From: Candidatus Nanopusillus sp.
GTDB taxonomy: Archaea > Nanobdellota > Nanobdellia > Nanobdellales > Nanobdellaceae
Reading direction: 5' to 3'
Assembly: GCA_028275885.1 (NCBI GenBank)
Contig: JAPWTW010000005.1
Span: 30,001 to 62,000 of the forward strand
DNA: 32,000 nt
Of this stretch, positions 16,731-26,007 are shown piece after piece. The notes below the pieces were generated by a model. It made no database searches and had not been told where the DNA came from. It was given only the letters and a program-made list of their open reading frames with translations. Position 1 is the first letter of the stretch. Each line of letters begins with the position of its first letter. The translations under genes and the position numbers were made by a program.

Positions 16731-17684
16731 ATGAAATATAAATTTGTTGAAGAACTATTATCATCTGCATTTAAAAGAGCAAAGAATAATAGTAATCAAT
16801 TTTATGATATAAAAGAAAGAAATATCGTAAAATTACAAACAATATACCAATATATCGATGATAAATTAGAAAAAATATATAATGATATAATTTTACCTGA
16901 AAATAAATTCTATAAAGAATTGTATAAATTATTATTTACTGATATAGATATAAAGAAATTAAAAGAAAGGATAAAATATATAAGAAAAATAATAAAGCAG
17001 GTTTATTTAAAGTATAAGAATGATATAAAGTTAACAAAAGATAAAAAATTAATAGAAAAATATAGAAGGGAATTTTATGGAAGAATATCTAGTATATTGA
17101 GGAGAAATTGGATAATATTTAAATATTATAATATTTATTTAAATAGAAGAAGAAAAATACCAAATATTAAAAATTTACCTACAATTGTTATTTCCGGTTT
17201 ACCAAATGTTGGGAAAAGTACATTATTAAAAAATTTAACAGGATCAAATGTTAAGATTGAACCGTATCCATTTACAACAAAAGATTTAATGATAGGATAT
17301 ATTAAAACACCATATTTTGATATACAAGTAATTGATACTCCAGGAATTTTAGATAGACCTATAGAAGAAATGAATGAAATTGAGAAAAAATCTATATTAG
17401 CGTTAAATTATCTTGCAAATTTGATTATATATATTTTTGATTTAACTGAAACATGCGGATATAGCATTGAAGAACAAACAAATTTATTAAATATGATAAA
17501 AAAAATATTCAATAAAGAAATAATATTATATTTCTCAAAAAAAGATTTGTTTACAGAAAGAGAAGAAAAAATTCTTAATGAATTTATTAAAAAATATAAT
17601 AATATGAATGTTTTTTATGATTATAATAAGCTAAAAGAATTTTTAATATCTTATATAAAAAATAAAAGGGAATGGTATATATAA
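16731..17684 (+). CDS. NOG1-family GTPase (COG1084).
   Basis: A helical N-terminal domain is followed by G1 GLPNVGKST, G2 PFTT, G3 DTPG and a late SKKD. Confidence 0.8.
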   Translation: MKYKFVEELLSSAFKRAKNNSNQFYDIKERNIVKLQTIYQYIDDKLEKIYNDIILPENKFYKELYKLLFTDIDIKKLKERIKYIRKIIKQVYLKYKNDIKLTKDKKLIEKYRREFYGRISSILRRNWIIFKYYNIYLNRRRKIPNIKNLPTIVISGLPNVGKSTLLKNLTGSNVKIEPYPFTTKDLMIGYIKTPYFDIQVIDTPGILDRPIEEMNEIEKKSILALNYLANLIIYIFDLTETCGYSIEEQTNLLNMIKKIFNKEIILYFSKKDLFTEREEKILNEFIKKYNNMNVFYDYNKLKEFLISYIKNKREWYI

Positions 17685-17691
17685 ATATATT

Positions 17692-18315
17692 ATGAAGCTA
17701 ATAGTCTCATCTGACATACATAATGATTTTGGGCTGATATATAAAATAATAGAATTATATAAAAAAGAAAGACCAGATTATATAATAATTTTGGGAGATA
17801 TAGCAGAAATGGGAGAAATAGAGAGAGGATTAATAAAAAAGTTAACAGAAAATATAGATCCAAGCAAAATTTTAATAATACCAGGAAATCATGAAACATT
17901 AGAAGATATAAAATTACTAGAAAAAATATATAAAATAAGAAATTTAGATAAAAAGTATATAATAAAGGATAATTTTGTATTGGTTGGATTTGGAGGAGCT
18001 GATATATTATTAAATATAATTGATGAAAAAGAATTTGAAAGATTTTTAAATGAATTGAGGAAAAAATTTAATGATAAATATATTATTTTATTAACACATA
18101 TCCCTCCAAAGAATTCTATGTCGTCCTTAAATATTTCTGGTAGTTATGAATTGAAAAAATTCATTGAAAATAATAATAAGGTTATTTTAAATATACATGG
18201 ACATATACATGAAGCTGGTGGTTTAGAAGATATAATAAATAAAGCAAAAATTATAAATGTTGCAGGAGAAGTAAAATTGGTTGAAATATATGATAAAAAG
18301 ATAAAAATAAAGTAA
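17692..18315 (+). CDS. Metallophosphoesterase (calcineurin-like, MJ0936/YfcE-like).
   Basis: SSDIHND, ILGDI, PGNHE and HGHIHE are in the canonical order. Confidence 0.75.
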   Translation: MKLIVSSDIHNDFGLIYKIIELYKKERPDYIIILGDIAEMGEIERGLIKKLTENIDPSKILIIPGNHETLEDIKLLEKIYKIRNLDKKYIIKDNFVLVGFGGADILLNIIDEKEFERFLNELRKKFNDKYIILLTHIPPKNSMSSLNISGSYELKKFIENNNKVILNIHGHIHEAGGLEDIINKAKIINVAGEVKLVEIYDKKIKIK

Positions 18316-18477
18316 ATATAGGTAATTATCCAGTTAGATCAGAAAATAAAAGAGATAACATTGAGATAATATATTTATAGAAAATATTTATTGATTATCA
18401 ATGAAATAAATATTTATAACCGTATTTTAAAAATTTATCATAGAAAAGAATTTAAAAATTTTCTATAAAAAATTTAG

Positions 18478-21400
18478 ATGAACGATAGAGAGTTTATAAA
18501 TGATTTTTCTAATGAAAAAAAAGAAAAAGAGATTGTTTTAGGACAAAAAAATTATAAAATAAAAAAAGTTATTAAAAGAGACGGAAGAATTGTAGATTTT
18601 GATCCTGAAAGAATAAAATATGCTGTGGAGAGAGCAATGAAAGCTGTTGGTGCTTATGATAAAGAAAAGTTGGAAAAAGTTGTTGATTATGTAATAAAAG
18701 TATTAGAAGAAAAATATGATAATATAAAATATCCGACTGTTGAAGAGATTCAGGATATTGTTGAATTATCCTTATTGAAATTTGATTTATATGATGTTGC
18801 TAAGGCATATATTTCTTATAGGAAAGAAAAAGAAAAAATAAGAGAAGAAAAGAAAAATTTATTAGGAAGATTCTATGAAGAGGAAGTTGCAAAAAGATTT
18901 TCTATTAATTCAATTAGATTAATGGTAAATAGATATTTATTAAGAAATGAAAATAAAGAATTAATAGAAGGTCCAAAACAAATGTTTGAAAGGGTAGCAG
19001 CATTAATTGTAATACCAGATTTATTGTATGATGAAAGAGTATATGATAAAGAAGGAAAACAAAAAATACATCCAAAAGAAGAATTTGATTTTGAAAAAAA
19101 TGAGAATAAATATGGATTACCAATAAAAGATCCAAAGTTTAGGTGGAATAGATATCATTTAGAAAGAATGAAATATTTGTATGATTATTTAAATGAAAGG
19201 GGTCATATGAAAGTTTCATGGTCAGAATTTATAAAAATGTTAGAAAATGGAGAATTTGACAAATATTACGAGAATTTCTATCAATATTATGATTTAATGG
19301 CAAGTAAAAGATTTATGCCAAATTCCCCCACATTATTTAATGCAGGTGCAGTTTTAGGACAATTATCTGCATGTTTTGTATTAGATATTGATGATAATAT
19401 GGAATCAATAATGAAATCAGCAACAGAAGCAGCTTTAATATTTAAATCTGGTGGTGGAATTGGTATAAACTATTCAAAACTAAGACCTGAGGGTGATGTT
19501 GTTGCATCTACAGGAGGTGTTGCCTCAGGTCCTGTTTCATTTATGAAAATCATAGATACAGTTACGGATGTAGTAAAACAGGGAGGAAAAAGAAGAGGGG
19601 CAAATATGGGAATTTTAGAATCTTGGCATCCTGAAATATTTAAATTTATTCATTTGAAAGAAAAAGAAGGTGTATTAGAAAACTTTAATATATCTATAAT
19701 GTTCGAACCATCTTTTTGGGAATATTTTGAAAATAAAAAAGAATATCCATTAATCAATCCAAGGTTATTAAGGAAATATAATTTACCTTTGCCAGGGGAT
19801 CCAAATTTTGATATAAATAAAATACCAAAAGAATCAATTACAGGATATGTAAATCCTGAAAGAATATTACAAGAAGCATCATATGTTGCATGGGAAAAAG
19901 GAGATCCTGGATGTCTATTTATGGATAATATAAATAGAAGAAATGTTCAATATAAATATAGAGGGCCAATTAGAGCTACTAACCCATGTGTAACTGGAGA
20001 TATAAGAATTTTAACACCATACGGTCTTTTAAGGGCTGAGACTTTACTTTATTTAAACAATGAAAATGGTAGTGATATCAATAATATAAAACTTTTAGTA
20101 GATGGAGAAGAAGAAATTTTATATACAACTGTTTATGGAAAAACATTGAGCGTAAGTTCTCCAATATTAGTTGATGCAAAAGTTTGGAAAGTTGGATTCA
20201 AACCAACTGTTAAATTAATTTTGGAAAATGGAATGGAGATTGAAGTAACTGAAGATCATAAGATACTTACAAAAGATGGATGGATAGAAGCAAAATATGC
20301 TGAAGGAAAAGAAGTAAAAATAGCAAGAATTGATATTGATAAGATAGAAAATTATGGATTAAAGGAAATTGATGGAATAAAACTAGATAGAGAATTAGGA
20401 TTTTTATTAGGATGGTTAGTTGGTGATGGATATGTTGGAGAAAAAGTTTTCTTCTACTTTAATGCTAAAACTGAGAGAGAAGTTTCTGAATATGTAAAAG
20501 AGTTGCTTGAAAAGAAATTTGGAGTAAATGTTAGCAGATTTGAAAGAAATAATGAAATATGGATTTATGTGAGTAAGAAAGAGGTTGTTGATATTTTCAA
20601 AAAACTAATGAGAAAGAAAACCAGTTTACCAGAAATTGTTTTCCTAGCAAACTCAGAATTTGTTAAAGGATTTTTGAATGGTTTATTCTCAGCAGATGGA
20701 TATATTGATAAAGATGGAGCAATAAGATTAACCTCATCTAATAAAGATTTATTGAAAGAAGTACAACTTTTGCTAACTTTATTTGGTATATTTTCAAAGA
20801 TTTATGAAAGACCTTATAAGAGAAAATTTGAGTATATTACTGTAAATGGTGAAAAGAGAGAATATGAAGCTAATGGATATTATGAACTTATAATCAAAAA
20901 TTATAGTAGAAAAATTTTTGAAGAAAAGATAAAATTGGTAGATTATAAAAATGAAAAGCTCTTAGAAAGACTAAAGAAAAATAAAATTGATAATAATTAT
21001 GTTAAGATTGTGAGAGTAGAATACGTTGGTGAAAAAATGGTTTATGACTTTAGTGTTCCTGGATTTAATAGATATATTTCTAATGGAATAATAAGTCATA
21101 ATTGTGGTGAACAGCCTCTATATCCATATGAATCTTGTAATTTAGGATCAATCAATCTATATGCTTTGGTTGAATTTAAAGATGGAAAGGCAGAATTTAA
21201 TTGGGATAAATATATTGAAACAATAAAATGGGCATATAGATTTTTAGATAATGTAATAGATGTAAATAAATATCCAATAAAGGAAATTGAAGAAGCATCA
21301 AAAGCAGTAAGAAGGATTGGTTTAGGATTTATGGGACTGGCAGATATGTTTTATGCATTGAGAATTCCATATTCGTCAGAAGAGGGATATAAGTTATTGA

Positions 21401-22380
21401 TGAAAATAACAGAATATTTAACGTATTATTCAATGTTAGAATCTGTTGAAAGGGCAAAAACAAGGGGTAAATTCGATAGATACGATCAAACAACATACAA
21501 AGATGGTGAATTACCTATAGAAGGATATTATCATAAAGAATTATGGACATTAGATTGGGAATATTTGAAAGAACAAATAATGAAATATGGAATAAGAAAT
21601 GTTGAAGTTACATCAATTGCCCCTACTGGTTCAATATCAATGTTAGCAGATACTTCTTCGGGTATTGAACCACAATATTCATTAGTATATGAAAAAAGAG
21701 TAACTGCTGGTGTATATTACTATGTAGATCTAGAATTGGAAAGACAATTGAGAGAAAGAGGATTATATAATAATGAGATATTAAAGAAAATATCTGATAA
21801 TGGTGGAAGTTTATTGGGAATAAAAGAAATTCCAGATGATTTAAAAGCAGTATTTTTAACAGCATTAGATATACCATGGTGGGATCATATAAGAGCACAG
21901 GCAGTTGCTCAAATATGGATAACTACATCAATATCAAAAACAATAAATATGCCAAATTGGGTTCAGCCAGACGATGTATATTATTCATATTTATTAGCAT
22001 ATAAGATGGGATGTAAAGGAATTACAATATATAGAGATGGATCAAAATCTGCACAAGTATATGTAGCTCCTGCTGAAGCAAGTAAAGCAAGAATGATGGA
22101 TTACTTTAGATTAGTTAAGGAAGGAAAAATAAATAATAGAACAGTTGAAATATTAAAACAATATGGAATAAAGTTACCAAACTGGTATTATGAATTAAAT
22201 AACAATGTTGAGATACCAAAAGTAAAATTGAATGTAAACATTAATAATACATTGAGAGTTGAAGAAAATGGAAATAATAAAATTGAAAAATGTCCTGTAT
22301 GCGGATCTACAAGGTTAAAACATGAGGCTGGTTGTGTTGTATGTATGGATTGTGGATGGTCAGAATGTATAATTGCTTAA
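18478..22380 (+). CDS. nrdJ: Ribonucleoside-diphosphate/triphosphate reductase, class II (adenosylcobalamin-type, NrdJ-like), with an N-terminal ATP-cone and one intein.
   Basis: ATP-cone: VIKRDGRIVDFDPERIKYAVERA. PNSPTLFNAG is present. The thiyl-radical motif TNP|C..GEQ is interrupted by an intein. ESCNLGSINL follows, and the tail is KCPVCGS...CVVCMDCG. The extein is 928 aa. The class call is by eye. Confidence 0.85.
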   Translation: MNDREFINDFSNEKKEKEIVLGQKNYKIKKVIKRDGRIVDFDPERIKYAVERAMKAVGAYDKEKLEKVVDYVIKVLEEKYDNIKYPTVEEIQDIVELSLLKFDLYDVAKAYISYRKEKEKIREEKKNLLGRFYEEEVAKRFSINSIRLMVNRYLLRNENKELIEGPKQMFERVAALIVIPDLLYDERVYDKEGKQKIHPKEEFDFEKNENKYGLPIKDPKFRWNRYHLERMKYLYDYLNERGHMKVSWSEFIKMLENGEFDKYYENFYQYYDLMASKRFMPNSPTLFNAGAVLGQLSACFVLDIDDNMESIMKSATEAALIFKSGGGIGINYSKLRPEGDVVASTGGVASGPVSFMKIIDTVTDVVKQGGKRRGANMGILESWHPEIFKFIHLKEKEGVLENFNISIMFEPSFWEYFENKKEYPLINPRLLRKYNLPLPGDPNFDINKIPKESITGYVNPERILQEASYVAWEKGDPGCLFMDNINRRNVQYKYRGPIRATNPCVTGDIRILTPYGLLRAETLLYLNNENGSDINNIKLLVDGEEEILYTTVYGKTLSVSSPILVDAKVWKVGFKPTVKLILENGMEIEVTEDHKILTKDGWIEAKYAEGKEVKIARIDIDKIENYGLKEIDGIKLDRELGFLLGWLVGDGYVGEKVFFYFNAKTEREVSEYVKELLEKKFGVNVSRFERNNEIWIYVSKKEVVDIFKKLMRKKTSLPEIVFLANSEFVKGFLNGLFSADGYIDKDGAIRLTSSNKDLLKEVQLLLTLFGIFSKIYERPYKRKFEYITVNGEKREYEANGYYELIIKNYSRKIFEEKIKLVDYKNEKLLERLKKNKIDNNYVKIVRVEYVGEKMVYDFSVPGFNRYISNGIISHNCGEQPLYPYESCNLGSINLYALVEFKDGKAEFNWDKYIETIKWAYRFLDNVIDVNKYPIKEIEEASKAVRRIGLGFMGLADMFYALRIPYSSEEGYKLLMKITEYLTYYSMLESVERAKTRGKFDRYDQTTYKDGELPIEGYYHKELWTLDWEYLKEQIMKYGIRNVEVTSIAPTGSISMLADTSSGIEPQYSLVYEKRVTAGVYYYVDLELERQLRERGLYNNEILKKISDNGGSLLGIKEIPDDLKAVFLTALDIPWWDHIRAQAVAQIWITTSISKTINMPNWVQPDDVYYSYLLAYKMGCKGITIYRDGSKSAQVYVAPAEASKARMMDYFRLVKEGKINNRTVEILKQYGIKLPNWYYELNNNVEIPKVKLNVNINNTLRVEENGNNKIEKCPVCGSTRLKHEAGCVVCMDCGWSECIIA
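19987..21102 (+). mobile_element. Intein (372 aa) with a LAGLIDADG homing-endonuclease domain, inserted in the RNR active-site motif.
   Basis: It starts with Cys (CVTGDIRILT, block A). Block B is VTEDHKILT. The two LAGLIDADG motifs are LGFLLGWLVGDGYV and VKGFLNGLFSADGYI. It ends ...GIISHN, followed by the +1 Cys of CGEQPLY. The flanks rejoin to TNP-CGEQ. Confidence 0.85.
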
Positions 22381-22406
22381 TTTTTTATAATTTTAAAAAA
22401 TAAAAG

Positions 22407-22478
22407 TGGACCCGCCGGGATTTGAACCCGGGATCTCCGGCTTGCAAGGCCGGCATCCTACGACTAGACTACGGGCCC
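22407..22478 (-). tRNA. tRNA-Ala (anticodon UGC).
   Basis: The reverse complement reads GGGCCCG TA GTCT AGTCGTA GGAT G CCGGC CTTGCAA GCCGG AGATC CCGGG TTCAAAT CCCGG CGGGTCC A. The G3-U70 alanine identity pair is present. No CCA is encoded. Confidence 0.9.
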
Positions 22479-22579
22479 GATTATTAAATTTCTTATCTTA
22501 TATTTATATATATAAAGTTTGTTAGTATAAAAATTGGGGTGTTATTCTATAATTTTGTTTAATATTGAAAAAGCAATTA

Positions 22580-22663
22580 TGCGGCGGAGGGGATTTGAAC
22601 CCCTGACGGATCTACTCCACTGGGTCTTGAGCCCAGCCCCTTTGTCCGCTCGGGCACCGCCGC
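22580..22663 (-). tRNA. tRNA-Leu (anticodon CAA), class II.
   Basis: The reverse complement reads GCGGCGG TG CCC GAGCGGACAAA GGG G CTGGG CTCAAGA CCCAG TGGAGTAGATCCGTC AGGGG TTCAAAT CCCCT CCGCCGC A. Confidence 0.9.
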
Positions 22664-22702
22664 TTAATAATTATATTTAGAAATTTTAATAATTTAAATA
22701 AT

Positions 22703-23647
22703 ATGGATAAGGGGGTATTTATTATATTAGATGGATTGGGAGATAATTTAATTAGTGAGTTAAGATATAAAACTCCTTTAGAAGATGCTAAAAAACAAAA
22801 TATTGACAAATTGGTAAGATATTCTGAATGTGGGTTATTATATACAAAAGAAAGAGGACATGTTCCAAGATGTATTGAATCAAATTTATCTTTATTGGGT
22901 TATGATTTTAAATATAATGAAATAATATTTAAAGCATTAATATATAAAGAATTGAAAGAAAATCAATTTTTAATTGAAATAGAATCAAAAGAAGAACCAA
23001 AAATAGAAGGAGAATATGATATAATAAAATATAAAGATAATGATTATATATTGATTTTTGATAATTATGATAAAAAAATAGTTGAAAAATTAAAGAAATA
23101 TACGATAAAAAACAAAACTATATATAAAGATTTAAATAAAAAAGATTTATTCGAAAATAAATATAAAATAAAAGCATTATATTTATCTTCAAGTCCCATT
23201 CATTTATCAATTGCAAAATATTTGAAAATCGATTATGAAAAACCATTGGGAACTACTGGAAAGAGTAATGAAAATTTATTTTCATTTTCAGAATATGCAA
23301 TAGCAAATAGAAATAAATATGATATAATATTTATTCATATAAGAGCTCCAGATATTTTATCGCACTTAAAAAACCCATTTAGAAAGAAAAAAATAATTGA
23401 AGAAATTGATGAATATTTAGTAAAAAGGATAAAAGAATATTTTGATGCTATATTAATTACTGGAGATCATTCTACTTCATCAATTAAAGGAAGGCATATT
23501 TCAGATCCAGTACCAGTTATGATATATTCAAAATATTCAAGATATGGATTTGTAAAAAATTTTTCCGAAAGAAAATGTATAAAAGGAACTTTGGGAATAT
23601 TGAATTCAAAAGATATTATAAAAATATTTATTGATAGATTAAAATAA
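22703..23647 (+). CDS. apgM: ApgM-like protein (cofactor-independent phosphoglycerate mutase / alkaline-phosphatase superfamily), short and with a divergent active-site region.
   Basis: The N-terminus VFIILDGLGDNLISELRYKTPLEDAKKQNIDKL and the C-terminus ITGDHSTSSIKGRHISDPVPVMIY match archaeal ApgM. It is 314 aa against about 400. The segment expected to read PGSD.AHL reads PRCIESNL. Confidence 0.55.
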   Translation: MDKGVFIILDGLGDNLISELRYKTPLEDAKKQNIDKLVRYSECGLLYTKERGHVPRCIESNLSLLGYDFKYNEIIFKALIYKELKENQFLIEIESKEEPKIEGEYDIIKYKDNDYILIFDNYDKKIVEKLKKYTIKNKTIYKDLNKKDLFENKYKIKALYLSSSPIHLSIAKYLKIDYEKPLGTTGKSNENLFSFSEYAIANRNKYDIIFIHIRAPDILSHLKNPFRKKKIIEEIDEYLVKRIKEYFDAILITGDHSTSSIKGRHISDPVPVMIYSKYSRYGFVKNFSERKCIKGTLGILNSKDIIKIFIDRLK

Positions 23648-24325
23648 TTACTGACCTTGTTTAACCAATTTTTCTAATAAAGAAGGATCTATTTTTTCTA
23701 ATTCTTCAGGTTTTATTTCTGATAAATCTTTTATTTTTATTCTATCAGGTAATTTATCTGTTGGTCTTAATATTCTAACTTGTACTCCAATTACTCCAGA
23801 AGGTAATTTTGCATGTCTTATACTTTTTCCAATTATTTTATTTAGTTCTCCAGATTTTTTAATATAACCTCTTTGTTCTCTTATTGTAGATGATCTATCT
23901 CCAATTATCTTTCCAGTAACTCTTACTTCAATACCCAAGGCACCAGCTTTCATTACTTGTTCCATTACTTTTTGCATAATTCTTCTTATTGCTCTATTTC
24001 CATATCTTTCTATTTGAGATGCAATTAAATCTGCAACAATTTCAGAATCTAATAATGGATTTTCTACTCCTACAACTTCTATACTTGGATCTTTAACATT
24101 TGCAATATTTTCTATAATTCTTTTAATTTCATCTAAATTTTCATTTGCCCTTCCTAAAACTAATCTAGGTCTTGCACAATATATAATAACTTTTGTGCCC
24201 ATTGAAACTTTAAAATATTCAACTCTACTAATTAATTTACCTTTAAATCTATTTTTTAAAGTTCTATCTAAAATTGCTTGTATTTTTTGTTCTTTTATAA
24301 GTTCTTCTATATTTTTTGATGCCAT
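23648..24325 (-). CDS. rps3: Ribosomal protein uS3.
   Basis: A KH-domain region (GTKVIIYCARPRLVLGRANENL), the segment SEIVADLIASQIE...GALGIEVRVTGKI, and a C-terminal domain. Confidence 0.9.
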   Translation of the reverse strand: MASKNIEELIKEQKIQAILDRTLKNRFKGKLISRVEYFKVSMGTKVIIYCARPRLVLGRANENLDEIKRIIENIANVKDPSIEVVGVENPLLDSEIVADLIASQIERYGNRAIRRIMQKVMEQVMKAGALGIEVRVTGKIIGDRSSTIREQRGYIKKSGELNKIIGKSIRHAKLPSGVIGVQVRILRPTDKLPDRIKIKDLSEIKPEELEKIDPSLLEKLVKQGQ

Positions 24326-24882
24326 TCTTCTAATATTTGTTTAACAATTTGTTTTAAGCTTTTTCTTTTCAACTTTTTAGATGTATCTAATGATTCTATA
24401 TGTAATCCATATATTTTAATATGGGACACTTTTTTATGAACACCAATTAATGTTCTTCTTATCCCGCTTGGACCTGTTTTTACCTTTACAACCCTTAATC
24501 TACTAGGAAACTTATTTCCTTTAGAAACATTAACAGAAATAATTACAACTTTATTAGGATCTAATCCAATATTTTTTGCATTATTTTCCAAAGAATTTAA
24601 TAATTTAATAAAATATTTTGAAACCTTAATTGGATATCTACCATATGGAACTTTTCCCATTACATTTTTATGATGTGCTTGTTTTTTATGATATTTATAA
24701 TATGGAATTGCAATTTTCTTTTCAATAACCATTTGTAAATATTTTTTTGCATATGGTATTGTTAAATATTTAATAAATCTACCAACCATTTCAGAGTCTT
24801 TTCTAGATATTGGTAAATTATAAGATGATACAGTAACAATTTTTTTATTCTCTTTTAATAATGATATTAGTTTTGAATCCAT
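24307..24882 (-). CDS. rpl22: Ribosomal protein uL22 with a roughly 35-aa C-terminal extension.
   Basis: LPISRKDSEMVGRFIKY, AIPYYKYHK, GRYPIKVSKYFIKLLNSLENNAKNIGLD and SHIKIY are present. It overlaps the uS3 start by 19 nt. The L22-S3 order is as in the canonical S10-type operon. Confidence 0.85.
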   Translation of the reverse strand: MDSKLISLLKENKKIVTVSSYNLPISRKDSEMVGRFIKYLTIPYAKKYLQMVIEKKIAIPYYKYHKKQAHHKNVMGKVPYGRYPIKVSKYFIKLLNSLENNAKNIGLDPNKVVIISVNVSKGNKFPSRLRVVKVKTGPSGIRRTLIGVHKKVSHIKIYGLHIESLDTSKKLKRKSLKQIVKQILEEWHQKI

Positions 24883-24924
24883 TTACACATCTATATATAA
24901 AAATGTTTATAAAATATATAATAT

Positions 24925-25317
24925 ATGCTAGATAGGTTTTTTGAATTATTTGTAATTGTTCTAGTAATATTTTTTATTACATTATTATTAATGGATAAAG
25001 TTTCTTATATTTATAATATTAATGAAAAGTATCTAATTATATATAATCAATTTATGCATGGAAGAATTTTAATTAAAGAAATTACAGAACAATATACTGA
25101 TAATATTTGTAATTTAACATCAAATAATTTTGATTCAAATATAATGAATAATTTAGCAAGTTTTCCATATGAAATAATATATAAAAACTTAAGTAATATT
25201 AGTCAGGAATATATTTTTAGTAATGACAATATAACAAATATGCAAAATTATATAGAATTTAATAGGGTTTGTTATTATGATGGCTCATTATTTTTAGTCA
25301 GTGTATTGGTTCAATGA
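24925..25317 (+). CDS. Small membrane-anchored or secreted protein, pilin-like N-terminus (130 aa).
   Basis: MLDRFFELFVIVLVIFFITLLLM is followed by an N/Y/I-rich body with N-x-S/T sites (NLT, NLS, NIS, NIT). It is the first of three overlapping ORFs. Confidence 0.4.
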   Translation: MLDRFFELFVIVLVIFFITLLLMDKVSYIYNINEKYLIIYNQFMHGRILIKEITEQYTDNICNLTSNNFDSNIMNNLASFPYEIIYKNLSNISQEYIFSNDNITNMQNYIEFNRVCYYDGSLFLVSVLVQ

Positions 25318-25658
25318 GATCTTTTAGTATATCAATATTTATTGAATTAGTAGTTGTAATAATTGTTTTATATTTTATTTTAACTTCAACATATTATAGT
25401 AATTTTTATATTAAAGGATATAATAAAGAAGATCTGTATGCATCATTAATATCAATAAATTATATGTATCTAAATAATACACAGCAATTAAATGATAGTT
25501 TATATCAAATTGTTACAAATATTTTACCATATTATTATGTTGAAATAGATGGACAATTAGCATTTAATAATATAAATTTAAATGAAGCTGAACAGGGAAT
25601 CGTAACTTTTTATATTATTAATGGCTCAATAGATTATGTATATATATATTGGAAATGA
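25314..25658 (+). CDS. Small pilin-like protein (114 aa).
   Basis: MRSFSISIFIELVVVIIVLYFIL is followed by an N/Y-rich body (NNT, NDS, NGS). It has an ATGA overlap with the upstream ORF. Confidence 0.4.
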   Translation: MRSFSISIFIELVVVIIVLYFILTSTYYSNFYIKGYNKEDLYASLISINYMYLNNTQQLNDSLYQIVTNILPYYYVEIDGQLAFNNINLNEAEQGIVTFYIINGSIDYVYIYWK

Positions 25659-25933
25659 GATCACAATTTATTTTATTATATTTAGTCTTAATATTATTTA
25701 TTACATTATATTTTATTTCAAATTTGCAAAACAATTTCTATTATCAACCAAATATTGGTAAATATATTGCAGAGGATTTTTATGTCAAATTATTATTATA
25801 TCCAAATTATTCTTCTATCATAAATGAAACATATTATAACATTTGTATGTGGGAAAATATTATATGTTATGATAATGGAACAAATATAATAGTTATAACT
25901 CAAAATTCTGAATATATATTAAATAAACCATAG
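25649..25933 (+). CDS. Small pilin-like protein (94 aa).
   Basis: MEMRSQFILLYLVLILFITLYFIS is followed by an N/Y-rich body (NYS, NET, NGT). It overlaps the upstream ORF by 10 nt. The last base of its TAG is G1 of tRNA-Glu. Confidence 0.4.
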   Translation: MEMRSQFILLYLVLILFITLYFISNLQNNFYYQPNIGKYIAEDFYVKLLLYPNYSSIINETYYNICMWENIICYDNGTNIIVITQNSEYILNKP

Positions 25934-26007
25934 CCCCCATCGTCTAGTCAGGTCTAGGATACGGGGTTCTCATCCCCGAGACCCGGGTTCAAATCCCGGT
26001 GGGGGCA
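25933..26007 (+). tRNA. tRNA-Glu (anticodon CUC).
   Basis: GCCCCCA TC GTCT AGTCAGGTCTA GGAT A CGGGG TTCTCAT CCCCG AGAC CCGGG TTCAAAT CCCGG TGGGGGC A. No CCA is encoded. Confidence 0.9.

Noticed and set aside
22612-22809. 65-aa minus-strand ORF.
   Set aside because: It overlaps tRNA-Leu (22580-22663) and the 5' end of the apgM-like gene. It is an artefact of the GC-rich tRNA being stop-free.
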